Source: Paraglomus brasilianum
Lineage: Eukaryota
NCBI GenBank assembly: GCA_910592345.1
Contig: CAJVPI010000012.1
Coordinates: 62,001-94,461 of the forward strand
Direction of reading: 5' to 3'
Length of the DNA stretch: 32,461 nt
The notes under the pieces were generated by a model. It was not told the origin of the DNA. It searched no databases and saw only the letters and a program-made list of their open reading frames with translations. The number at the start of each line of letters is the position of its first letter. Positions within the stretch are counted from its first letter, which is position 1. Both the position numbers and the translations under genes were made by a program. Positions 1 to 12,129 of the stretch are shown piece by piece.

Positions 1-2086
1 TAATCTTTCATAGTTCGCTAAGTTTCTTTTTAATCATGCAACTATTAAAACAAATCAATTATATAAATTAGGAGACTGATGTAAGTAAAGTCCACCACGG
101 AGTCCAATGTATTCGCTGTCCAGAATTAAGTATCAATGAACACTGACCTCACGTGATGCTGTGTATAGACTTTCCTAACCTCAGTTTTATATTATAAAAA
201 CTAACAGAATTTTTGTCGACTTTTGTTGTCTCCAGCGAACGAGTTTTTCGCTTTAATATATTAAATAAACAATAGAATGATCACATTACTATTTGACAGT
301 GTTATTTGCACCCTACGATGGAGTAGTCTTTTTATAATGAGCGTAGCTACTTTTGTTCCTACAACTTGAGCATTGTCATTTGCCAAGCAAAGAGTCATTA
401 TTTGATAGTTATGTTCTTTAAATACTTTAAACATTCCAAGCATTCTGTATAATCCAAGTACAGTCAGCCTTTCCATTTAGAAGGTTACATTAATAACACT
501 AGCTTATGATGAAGGGATAAAGACCCGACAACGTAAGATAGAAATTTTAATAGCAGCGACATATTATTATAAATGAAGACTGTAATCTTGGTGTTATTTT
601 AGTCTAATCCCAATCGTTAACACATTCACACAATGCAAATAAGTCTAATGTCGGATCAATACGCGTGCATATATTATTGATCTTGAGATTTAACTCTTCG
701 AACAGACCTTTGATTATTTCTATGGTGCAGGTCATCTATAGCTCGAAATAAATTATCTAACTTTCAAAGCCTAAGGCTTTTGTTTAAAGGGAATGGAGAA
801 AACCTAATCCGTAAGAATGATAGAACAGACAATGCAGAACAAAGTTACGGTTTAAATTTTAAGAAAAAATAGAAATTTCAGACGCACTGTTTTGTGCAGC
901 TTCTATTATTTCACTATGCCTTGACCAACTAAAAGAAATGCCGCACATAAAAAGTGTCTCGAGATAAAGAGGCAAATTTATTAAAGGAGATGAACTCAAT
1001 TTCATCGATACAGAAGCAAGCACATTGTCACCAATGGAGACGAATTGAATGACGATTCATTAAGCGGGGAAGTAATGTTGGGAGCAGCCAAACGATACTG
1101 TTTTGAAAAGTAATGAATTTTTAAAGACAAGCACGTATTTCCATGGCATATACTGCGCAAATAACGCGGACCTGGATTCCCTCTATCATCATAGTCTCAG
1201 CAAAGTGAAATTTACAAAAGAAATTCCATTTAAATACTACATATTATTCTTTGCACACATTCTTTTTGCAAAGCTTTATTTTAAATCCTCAGGATCTGGC
1301 AAATCTTTTTATTAAGAGCTCGGGTGGGGATTACCAATTCATCAAAATCTGGTCTACAGATTAAGGAATAACTGCTAAACGAAATTATCTTCGACATGAT
1401 GCGAATTTCGCCAATCGCGTAATTTAATTCTTGCTGCTTATCGACAAATTATATGTTATAAATTCAAGATTCAATCAAAGTCTGACACACGAGCAGAAAA
1501 TGCGGCTTCCCTAACATTCCCTGACTGAAATACGTTAGCTGCTGATCACCCAGCGATTCGTCAACTACAAACAAGTTATATTATGTATTCAGTCAACTTA
1601 CAGAATCCAATTATAATCGAACTTGTTTAATTGTTTAGTGTCCTCGAGTGACTCTAAGACACTGAAGCAGTGACAGTGAACCAAACTTATCGCTGCCCTT
1701 TCAATTCATCAATTTGCATTCAGTTAACCAACAATTTCTGCAATTTGTGAAATGTAATTCCTATTCAGTAAATCAGTTTTTTTCGTAATAGCTTCGTACT
1801 ATACTTTTTGTATATGCTAAAATTATCATCCAAAAACGTACGATATTATGAACTCTAATCTCTTATTATCATGATGCATCCAGCAGGACGCAGCTGACAC
1901 TAAAACGGAGAATCTAGTTATTTTATTATGACAAGTCAAACCATCCAAGAGTTGTCTACAGTTCTTATTATTCGGCTTCTTCGGTGCATCAATTATTTAC
2001 TATATTAACACCAACAACTCGCGTCTGCTACCCCGCTCTCAACATAAGTCGAATCTACTCATTTTAATTCTTCATAGTAATCTCAG

Positions 2087-4682
2087 TCACATTGTTGTAA
2101 ATGTGTATTGACTTAGTCCAATGTTACCTTGCGCGTCTCTGATAATGACACCCTTGATTACTCCGAGGACATCATGTGGTTCCGGCATTGACAATCGTGG
2201 AGCGTTACTCGGTCCCGACATGAAATCCCTATTAAAGGAACGAAGGAATGAATGGCATAAATACTAAATAATCCGAGAGGTATAAAATTGTAGTTGAATC
2301 TCACCGATTGAGCACAGCCCCATCCATACTTACGTGGGCAATGGTATTGCACCATGTCGACCGGGTTGGTTCCATGAGAACGAAGTTAGTTGAATTGGAA
2401 TTGGTTGTACCGGATTACCCTGCGCGTCCCAGCCACTATTATTTGCATTTGGGTACTGATAATTAGATGTTGCTTGCCCATTTAGCTGTCCATCCAGTGG
2501 GTACTGTGGATAATAACCCGGATATGTCTGTGAACTATAATCTTGTTGATAGCCTGAAGTATCTACCATTAAAAGTTCGATATATTTCACCTAAATGTTT
2601 CTGATGAATTGGTAACATTCGTAACATCAATAACCGTTAATTTACCTGCGGCATATTGTTGCTGATCAGAAGGATATTGCTGATAGTCATATGCTGTTTG
2701 TTGTGTCTGCTGTAGCTGCGAGGCAGGAGGCATTGGAGGCGACTCGTATATAGCAGGGGTAGCTTTAATCGGTGGCCCCACAGGCATCGGCACAGGCATC
2801 GGCGGCATTGGTGGTCCCCGTGGATCCCTTCCATGTCTCTCGTCTGGCCTACGGTCATATACATCTCTGCGTCTATCATCGTAACGATGATACATGTCGT
2901 CTCTCCATACCATTGGTGGTCGCTCCCTGCCAAAAGGTAATGGAGGAGGAGGCGGTGGTAGAGGACCACCACGAAAGTCGGGCCTTCGATCAAACTCTCT
3001 TCTTGCGTATTCGTCTCGACGATCTCTAAAATGATCGCCGTCAACTCGTCGATCTCTAAAATCCCTCTCATCACGGATTGGCCATTCTCTTCTGCGTGGA
3101 GGGCCTTGCGGATACGGTGAGTGCCTTGGGGGTCCACCTCTGGGTGGCCAGTACCCACCACGCATATGACCTCTACCTCTTGGGCGTGGTTGCTCTGAAT
3201 GGCCTCCATGGACTGGTGGAATCGCTGGTTCTTTTTTATTAAACTGTATCCATATGCGAAAGATCATTGCCATTTCTGTAAATTGCAGATACGAGTGATA
3301 AATAAACCTATAACCATTCCTGGGCAAGGGTAATCAACTCGCAATCTTATAAATTCTCTTGACATGATTCATGCTCGTCATCTTGCAGACTAACCTGGCG
3401 ATATTATTCCATTGCTTATTAATGCAGACAAATTATTATCGGACGCCTCTGGATATTTAGCCTTCACTTCATCCATTGCATCTGCAATACATTTGTGAAT
3501 TGTAGCCGAATCTTCCAACTTTGCCTTCATTGTCTGTGATGATCAACAGTTATCCATGTTAGCCAACTTCCCACGATGTAATCAAAGCTTTGAATCAGAA
3601 TATGCATAAATATTGATTAATACATGCATCTGAAGCCATTCGGACATCTAATGCTTCCTTGCCTTTCTAGAGTAAAGCGTGAATACTTCAGAGAAAAAAT
3701 AAAAGTAAATTAGATATCAAACATGGTAAACTATCCGTCTTATTCTTACGTCGTCTAATTCGTTTATAATTCGATCTCTCGCAGATTTTAATATAATCTC
3801 GTTGCAATAGAGCTTAAAATCAGCATGTAATTTCTTTCGATCGCTAAATAATACAGTTGTATCTTCCTCTGATTTTTTCGTAAGATATCCAGTGATATAC
3901 TAAATATCCGTTCAACAATAACGAAGCTTTCTCAGTTCTCTGTAGTTATATCAATTTTTCGCTTTACTTTAGTCTTTATCTATTAAAAGCGACAGTGCGT
4001 TACCTCCTTGCTGCACTCCACTAATAGCATATAAATAGGCTGATTAGACTTTTTAGAGGAAATCGGCCTCTTCTGTGGTACTTGATCTGTTGATTGCGAG
4101 GACGCATTTCCTTGGCCAGTCACTGCAATTGGCTGAGTAGCCTGCGATGATTTAGCAGTCTCATTTTGTATAGTATTGGAGGAGTTCGCTGCTGAATCTG
4201 CTGGTTGTGCATTCACAACAGACTAGAAAGAATACACCAGATAGCAACAACAGTTACAGGAGGTCTTGGGCAAACAAATTACGAATGGGGTTTACATGTA
4301 TAGGGAGTAGAATTACCTGTCCAACGGACTCTTGTGGTCGGGGTGATGGTTGCGATAAACAGAGTTCTTGCGCTAAGGGTTGCTCTTCAGACTGGGTGAT
4401 CGTCAAACTGTCTGCTTGTGGATGAACTGTAGAACTTGATGGTTTCTCGTCTAACGGCAATTCGCTCTGCTGTGATTCCGCTTGATTATCGGACAATGGC
4501 ATTTGTGGCTGGGGATTTGTTTGTAAGTTAGATGGCGACGGATCGTCTGACTGCTGTATATCTATTTGGACTTGCAGCTGGTTGGGCGGTTGTTGTTCAG
4601 TTAGAGTGTCTGCTGCTTGTTGTGGTGGTTGTATAGACGATAGGTTAACTTCGGTGCCTGTTGTTTCGACCATTCCTGGCAT
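2087..4682 (-). CDS. Uncharacterised low-complexity protein (~637 aa, 8 exons): Q/P/S-rich N-terminus, helical middle region, RGG + Arg/Asp-rich + poly-Pro region, Q/Y-rich prion-like region, short hydrophobic C-terminal motif; probable nuclear/RNA-associated protein
   Basis: Manually spliced exons 4682-4317, 4222-4004, 3899-3750, 3666-3628, 3533-3395, 3275-2646, 2562-2334, 2228-2087 total 1914 nt, with no internal stop and matching phases. Donors are GTAATT, GTAACG, GTAAGA, GCATGT (GC-AG), GTTAGT, GTAAAT, GTAAGT. The model joins track ORFs 4254..4682, 3983..4216, 2587..3327 and 2330..2590. The exon 7 acceptor could alternatively be 9 nt further on. Function is inferred from composition only. 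Confidence 0.8.
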
Positions 4683-4988
4683 GCTATCAAGGTGTATAGA
4701 TGTTATCGCAAAACTTTTCTGCTGAATATTTGGATCAAATCACGCGCAATTCATGCTTGCGACAAAATTCGGGGGAGGAATTTAAATTTTGCTGAAATGA
4801 ACCAAATTTTTATTTTATTTGCAGTGCTAATATTCATATTAATATTAACACTAAGTTAATGTCGGATTGAAAATCCATAAATAGGGTTGGGGATACAACG
4901 AATTAATTTGGTAATTTACCCCGAAATATTTGATACCCCACATTATTAACAACAAACAATTACGAGCGCGCCTTTCAATTAACGGCAG

Positions 4989-6254
4989 CTAGAATATAAC
5001 GTCCTCATCCTCCGTTTCTTTAAATACATCTGCTGCTTGATCCTCATATTTCTCTGGAGACTGACCCACTAATAAAAGCAAAGAGTTTTTAATATGCTGA
5101 TTACATCAGAGAAAACCGTTGGTTTGAATGAGTTACCTTCAGCAGCTTGTTCCATTAAAAGTTTCTTTGCTTCTTCGGCAGAAGCTGCATCTTTCTTTTT
5201 CTTACCCTGGACCTTCTTTAGCCGGAAGAATTCTTCACGATCCTGCTCATCTAATTCCGAAACAATATATTTGATAGTATTTTCTATCTTTGGTATAATC
5301 ACATATTCGATAGCGTTCACGCGACGGTTTGTTACTTTAATGACTTCGTCTAATATTACAAACGCTGTCTACGAGTGGTAAAGATAATTAAAACCAATCC
5401 AATCGGACATGGAACAACGGCCAAGCGCATGATGACAGTACCTGTAAGGAAGCCAACTCTACCAACATTTCTACTGCTTTAATATACGTTTCTTTACATT
5501 TTTGAACTTGCTGTCCACCACGTCCAAGACCGGTCAACTCAAACGCTACAAAAAAAGAATGATAGCATTCATAAATACGTGATGACTGAGACGCGCCGTG
5601 CAACAGGCAACATATACACATACCATTACTTCCTTCAGAATAACATTCGAAAGCAGGTAACATAACACCGGATACATTTTCCTGTTTAGTTCGCACTCGG
5701 AATTGAGCAGTTTTTGCACTCTCCTGGACCTGATAACTTTTTTGATCATAAAATCCATATTTAGCTTTCCCTTTTTATGTATCAATATCAGATTACCCAC
5801 GAGCATCATACATTGAATCTACCTAATGTCCCCAGTAATGTAAGTCACTTCTGTGAGAGAGAACGAAGCAGCTTGCATGACCTTTGCCATTTTTAGTTTG
5901 GCCTTCAAAAATGAAAAGGTAACAGCGTCGAGATTCGGTTATGCAAGTGTCGCCAGAGTTACAAATGTTCTCAACAAACTGTATTTCTGATATTTGACTG
6001 ACTTCGTTAATTTTCTGAACTATGACTCGAAACCTCTTTGCAAGCGCTTCACTTTTTCGCTTTAGCAAACTATGACCTGTCTGCGCTCCCTTCAATTTCG
6101 TTTTCATGGTCGTTAATGCCCTAAACGGATCAAAAGTAAAGTCCTGGCCATGAGCACAACTGTGAAGTATCGCAAAACTACGCTTGCTCATATCGAAACA
6201 GACAACATACATGCGTGTAGGAAAGATATTAAGCCTTGGGCCCGTTCCCGACAT
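4989..6254 (-). CDS. VMA8: V-type proton ATPase subunit D (256 aa, 7 exons)
   Basis: Exons 6254-6211, 6120-6003, 5902-5823, 5736-5624, 5545-5442, 5368-5137, 5068-4989 total 771 nt. Hallmark motifs are [74 protein letters not shown] and the C-terminal DEDVIF. Confidence 0.98.
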
Positions 6255-6381
6255 TTTTGCGCAATTTCACTCACCAGGAGAAACATTCAGATTGTTTGAT
6301 AGATGATCTGAAGGGTTCAAATAACATTAGATCTGTGTACCGTGATGAACTGCGGATGGTGGTTTACCTGTTACTATCTCC
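6255..6381. promoter_or_regulatory. 127-bp divergent (bidirectional) promoter region between VMA8 and aminoacylase-1 start codons
   Basis: The head-to-head ATGs are at 6254 (-) and 6382 (+). Both 5' UTRs and core promoters must fit in or overlap this interval. No individual sites were identified. Confidence 0.6.
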
Positions 6382-8230
6382 ATGAGTGCCAACGAACACC
6401 CAGCCGTGACTCGATTTAGAGAGTATTTGAGAATTAAAACGGTCCAACCAAATCCGGACTACGAGACATGTAGTAAATTTTTGTTAAGACAAGCCGAAGA
6501 GATTGGAATATCGGCAAAGGTTATTCGGGTACGCACACTAAAAATCCAATATGTTAAATCAAAGTCTATTGTCGACTTAATACTCTGATTTCAGTACGTC
6601 CCGGAAAAACCAGTAGTCCTTATGACTTGGGAGGGACGTGATCCGAATTTAAGTACACTGTTATTGAATTCTCATACGGACGTCGTCCCTGTATTCGAGG
6701 TGAGACATAATTCCTGCGAAATTGGCTTTTTTAGCAAGGCTGAATGACGTCTCGTCTGGAAAGCCCTCAAAATTATCAATCGGAACTTGATTCCGGAATC
6801 TTTTTCGTGTAAAATATATATTATACGTACATGGTATTAGGTTTTTACATGCTTATGTTGTAAATACAGGATCAATGGAATAGTGACCCTTTTGGTGCAG
6901 TAAAATTGGAGAATGGTGACATAGTCGCTAGAGGTGCTCAGGATATGAAATGTGTTGGTACCAGCTACCTCGAAGCAATAAGAAATTTGAAAGCGCAAGG
7001 AAAGCAACCCTTACGAACTATTCACCTTTCCTATGTCCCCGGTACCTTATTTATCATCTGACTTTTGCTCCACAATTTTGTCTCGCACCTTGCATATTTA
7101 CGTTTTCTTCAATGTCGGATATAGATGAAGAAATTGGTGGAGCTGGCATGGAACATTTTATTAATTCGGAAGATTTTACCAAGTTTAATATTGGATTTGC
7201 GCTGGATGAAGGCATCGCCAATCCTAAGAACGCCCTAAAGGTCTTTTACGGTGAGCGAGCTCCGTGGTGGGTCAATGTAATCGCCAGAGGTAATGTTGGA
7301 CATGGATCAATGCTTATTAAGGATACTGCGATGTCGAAACTGGTGAGTAGCCGACTTTTTCGCATTCATGAATCGGTTGATTTTAAGTGGCTGACAGTAA
7401 ATTTATTGTTGTTACAACTCCCAGCATCGTATTATCAACAGGTTCATGGATTTCCGAGCAGCTCAGGAGAGACAACTGGAAATTGGTGTTCACCACAATG
7501 GCAAACCATACGCTCTTGGCGATGTTACTAGCGTAAATCTCACAAAGCTCCAGGTTAGCACGCTATTTAACTGTAGACCTTAATTAGCGATCATATCCGT
7601 TACTTGTCATTTAGATTCGCGTTCTTTACCTTCCAGGCCGGAGTACAGCATAATGTTATACCTGAAGAAGCTATTGCTGGATTTGACGTTCGCATCTCGC
7701 CAAGTGTAGATCTGAACAGGTTTAAACAAATGATGGAAGGATTCATACTTTGCGAATCAGAGTGAGTTCTAGGTAGAATTGTAATTTTATTTTCATGTTG
7801 CCGTAGTAACTTAACTATATATAACTTTAGTACGCGTATAGAGTATGTTCAGTATTTTGACAGTAACGATACGACGAAGATTGACGATAGCAACTTGTGG
7901 TGGGTGGCATTCAGAGATTATTGTAAGGAGCGGTAAGTCAAGCAACGGTTAGATGCCAAAAAATCAGTTATCTTTCCTCTTATTCTAATACTAATATAAA
8001 CTGTTAATTAAATTAGTGACGTAGAAATCGAACCAGAAATATTTCCAGCAGCAACAGATTCCCGGCAGATTCGTGCAAAAGGCATTCCGGCATTTGGCGT
8101 CTCATATCTTAAAAATACACCGGTACTGCTTCACGATCATAATGAATATTTAAATGAAAAGGTTTATCTAGAAGGAATAGATTTCTATACTGGACTCATT
8201 GACCGCTTAGCAAACTTAGAGTCCATGTAA
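6382..8230 (+). CDS. ACY1: Aminoacylase-1-like N-acyl-L-amino-acid amidohydrolase, peptidase family M20A (403 aa, 8 exons)
   Basis: Exons 6382-6528, 6595-6699, 6870-7041, 7125-7342, 7425-7553, 7637-7761, 7831-7932, 8017-8230 total 1212 nt. ACY1 motifs are FREYLRIKTVQPNPDY, LLNSHTDVVPV, RGAQDMKCVG, PDEEIGG, ALDEG, FPAATDSR and PVLLHDHNEYL; the metal ligands are intact. Confidence 0.95.
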
Positions 8231-8945
8231 CAAACTGTCATAACAAAACGTTTCGCGTTAATATTTTTCATCATTCATGCCAACAAAGAAATCTTGCCCC
8301 AACTGAATGTTATAAATTGCATCACTTAAATTGAGCTATTAGAACACGATAAGAACTTATACGGATCATTATTGTTTCTTTGACAATAATTGTATTGCGA
8401 TAGAAAATGCTATTTGAACAGAAATTGCGTGCACGTACTGCACTTATATGAGTCTCTAATAAGAGTTATATACTAAACGCAAAGTTAATATGTAATGTTT
8501 AAAACTTCGAAACTCAAATTTCAAGCACAAGCAACTTTGTATTTATGATCGGGTAATTAAACCTTTTATCGCGGCTGAGTAAACGAAGACGTCTTGACAA
8601 CATAAATAAATAATCGTAATTTTTTTTGCGTTACAAATACTAATTAAAACGATACAAAGCCTTAATTAATGTGGGACATGTCGACGGTTTCTTAAATTAA
8701 CATCTGAAAAGGAAAAGGGGTTCTCATTCATCGATAAGAAAATCAAGCGTCTCTTCTTGAGGATGCCTCATCCAAGGCACGTTGTTTAATGCTATTTGTT
8801 CTCGAGAAACAGGAGCAATATTTCCAACGTCGGAAATGTCATAATTCGATCGAGAGATGTTGAAGCTGCCTGATATAAAAGCAGTTCGTAAGGATAACTA
8901 TTCATTGAGCAATGTAAAATGTCTGAAACAAACATGGAACATAAG

Positions 8946-9031
8946 ATATACCTTAATGGTGGAGTTTTGCATTCTTTATTTGTCTACACCTACGATTGAA
9001 ACGCTAAAGGTGTATATACCTTAATGGTGGA
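8946..9031. repeat. 18-bp exact direct repeat ATATACCTTAATGGTGGA (8946-8963, 9014-9031) upstream of the F-box gene
   Basis: Read directly from the sequence; the period is 68 bp. Confidence 0.8.
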
Positions 9032-9270
9032 CATTCCAATGAATAAATATCTTTTCTTGCAAATCTGATGGTGCATCCTTCGGATCCTACATATGAATGC
9101 GATGCTTGATTCAATTTGAAATACTAACGACATAATAGGCATCTTCTCATTTCATTCGAATATACGTCTGCTTCCAAGCGTGCCATCAGCTAGTGGATAA
9201 TCTAACACGTGATCCCGAGTATTCAAATGACCCGCAGAATTCAGCAAGGAACTATTTCTTTCACACCCCT

Positions 9271-10269
9271 ATGCAAGAGCTTCCTGCAGAGATCCTCTTT
9301 ATGATATTTTCACATTTTTCTGATTTATACTCTGATTTAATTTCCTGTGCACAAGTGAATAGAGTATGGCACGCCGTTGTAATAAAGTTTTACTTATGGC
9401 ATACCGCAAGATTTTATTCGTTCTCTACATTCATGCATTTTCGAGATGTTTTAGCAAGGATCAAATGGAATAAGAGACAGAGAGCCAGGAACAACTGGAG
9501 GAGAATAGTGATGCAATCCGTTAATGGAAACAGTAAGGTCAACATAGATGCTACTAGAGCGAATGAGATGGAGAGCGAAGATGATGATAGTCAATGGACT
9601 TTTGATGGTTGTAATCCTACATCATTTCATTCAACTTTTCCATACGGCGCATGTGTAAAAGTGCTGGATTTGTCTAATCTGCAGTCCAAGAACAAGCTTA
9701 CTGACTATATGCTTGATTCCCTATTTGAAAGCCTTCCCAACTTGATCGAATTGGACCTCTATAACTGTTATACTGTGACCGATAAATTGATTAAGAGACT
9801 GCCCAGCAGGTGCAGCAAGCTGCGTGTTTTAAATGTTTGTGGGTGCTCCAATTTATCTCGCAAGTGTATAAAATACATCAGTCGGATATTATATTTAGAA
9901 CGTCTTAATATTGGGTGAGTATGAAAATAATGAAAATAAAGTTAGTGTTGACTATTAATATTAATTTGGCATACGAATAAAGTATCAGAGTTGCTTTGTT
10001 GTTGTAACACCATTTATTGAATTATATTTAGCCTATGTCCACTGATGTGGGTTGAGAAGCTAAGCATAGAATTCGACTACCATTGGAGCGAGCTTGTGAT
10101 GTTTGAATTGAAGAACAGCCCGTTTGCGAGGGAAAAGGATGTTCTAAATATCGTGATACATTCGCCTAAACTGAAGGAAGTCGTTCTAACGATGGATATA
10201 TCGGGAATAAGTTTGGCAAGAGAAATCAAGAGAGCTGCTCCACAAGTAAACGTTGTATTAAGAAGATAG
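9271..10269 (+). CDS. F-box / leucine-rich-repeat (FBXL-type) protein (~293 aa, 2 exons)
   Basis: N-terminal F-box MQELPAEILFMIFSHF...LISCAQVNRVWH, followed by cysteine-containing LRRs (LPNLIELDLYNCYTVTD, CSKLRVLNVCGCSNLS, LERLNIGLC). Exons 9271-9914 and 10032-10269 (GTGAGT...TTTAG, phase 2) total 882 nt. The frame is open upstream to ~9193, so an extra 5' exon is possible. Confidence 0.85.
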
Positions 10270-11157
10270 ACGTAATAAAACATGATGCATATGGTCATGT
10301 TTTTTAATTTAAGACAAGCAGAATACCCGGTCATCCATTGATAAAGAGCGTGGTATTCAATTAATACTATTCGTATTTTCATTGTAATTCGCATATGCCC
10401 GATAAGACTGCTAATATTGACAATTAATAATACTGTACTACGCCAATCCTATATTAATCGAGCTCATGTGTTACGAACTTAATACTTAACAAGAAGGAAT
10501 CCCTGAACTGAATACATGTTCACCATATTAGTCAATGTAAGTTGACCACAAGATTACTTGTAGGTAAATTCATTGTAGACACTGAATTCAATAGACAAGA
10601 AGCGTAGTCCAATATTGTTCATGACGAATTAACGAACACAATCGGGAACAGAGAGTCCATAAACCTCAACACAAGAATAAATTAAAGCTGTCCATCGTTT
10701 TCGCCTCTAATTGGCGCCTAACATACCGTCTTCATCCTATATGCACTAAAAGGCCGATATGTTGATTGGGTGCACAAACATCGCCTCTAACCAACCTTGG
10801 CATTTACTTAATTGCCTATCTCTCATCCTACGGTATACAAACACCAATGATTAATCAATTATAATCCAACTACCAATCAGTTCAGAAAACTTTTAAATAG
10901 ACTCGAAATCACATTCTATATTCTTATCATTCTTTTGCTTCCTCACCTTCCAACACCTCCTCTCGTTTCTTTCTTTCACACCCCTCACTCCCATTAAATT
11001 CACCCTCATTTCAACTAGGAAGACAATTCTGTCATTTTCCAATTAACTTCTGTGAAGTTATTAAGAAAAAGACATCCCATAATACATTGTAAACTGCACA
11101 CTCTCTTTTTCGATATAGAAGAGAACACTCTACTTACAAACCATATTATCACATATA

Positions 11158-12129
11158 ATGACCACAATGAAGACTTCACTCTTCGCCCTTTTCATTGCTT
11201 GCTTAATAGGTAATGTATATGGTATTAGTGACAAGAAATATTTCTCAAATGCGGGATTGTTGAACTAACAATTAGGTTGACTCTGTCATTTACGATGGAA
11301 ACTCTCTCTTTATCGTTTAGTTTTATCAACCGCTATACCTCTGAAAGATGTCTCTTCAACCTCAATAACTGTTACAGAGTCCAACACAACTCCTTCATCA
11401 GAGCGTTTTGCCGTCACAGTCTCCCGCATAGATGACCTGCTCGACGATGATGGTTCACTTGTTGCAGAACGTCTTATGTCTGTAATAATGTCATTCGATC
11501 TTCATGACAATGAGCTTCTTCTCAACGGAGTACCGATTACACTTGGCGCACAGTCAATAGAAGTTATCCAGGCTGAGGTTGCCATTACTTCCCAGGAGAA
11601 AGTCGATCTCGATAAACAGTTCGACGTTGGATTAGTGACTGTTGAGGTTGAATCTAAAGCAGAGGCTATTCAGACAGAGGATCAGAACGTTGTACTTAGA
11701 AGGATTAATGTCTCTACCAGAGTTATAGAAATCGATGGACAAGAAGTCATACAAACCGAGTCCACTGAGAAAATCTTCGAAGTTAAGACCTATGCAGTGT
11801 TCGAGGATGATGAAGAAGGATTCGAAGCTATTCCTTCAGGCTCTTTACCTGTCAAAAGTTCCTGTGGATCACGTGCTGTTTCTAAGATTAAGCACTGGTG
11901 GCGTAGGACTTCTCGACTTACACGTATTTTGGTCGGTTCATTCTGCCTCACTTTTATACTTGGTCTTCTCACTATCGTCATAGCATACACCGTTGTCCTC
12001 ATTAAGGGTAAAGTGTGCCATCGGTCATATGAATCGCTGGCTGATGAGATCATATTTGACCAGGTCATCTACATTGCTGATGAAGAAAAAAGGGCTTTGA
12101 TGGAAAAGGAAGAGGAAAATAAGAAGTAA
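11158..12129 (+). CDS. Uncharacterised type I membrane protein (286 aa, 2 exons): signal peptide, acidic beta-rich luminal domain, one TM helix, acidic cytosolic tail
   Basis: Exon 1 11158-11209 plus exon 2 11321-12129 total 861 nt in frame. Signal peptide is MTTMKTSLFALFIACLIVLSTA-IP and the TM segment is ILVGSFCLTFILGLLTIVIAYTVVLI. A pyrimidine-rich 5' region lies at 10920-11010. Confidence 0.85.

Noticed and set aside
261..1315. Short track ORFs 261..476 and 1103..1315; likewise those at 12800-13326, 16852-18241, 21480-22043, 23566-23763, 27895-28122 and 31631-32155
   Set aside because: No recognisable domains, composition typical of AT-rich non-coding DNA, and no consistent splice structure.
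1270..1445. Minus-strand open stretch (ELNYAIGEIRIMSKI...ALNKKICQILRI) faintly reminiscent of kinase fragments
   Set aside because: No catalytic kinase motifs and no exon structure; indistinguishable from chance without tblastx.
2637..3209. 190-aa alternative-frame ORF and antisense ORF 2772..3029 overlapping the RGG/RD exon
   Set aside because: Expected by-products of a GC-richer low-complexity exon; they have no motifs and no splice support.
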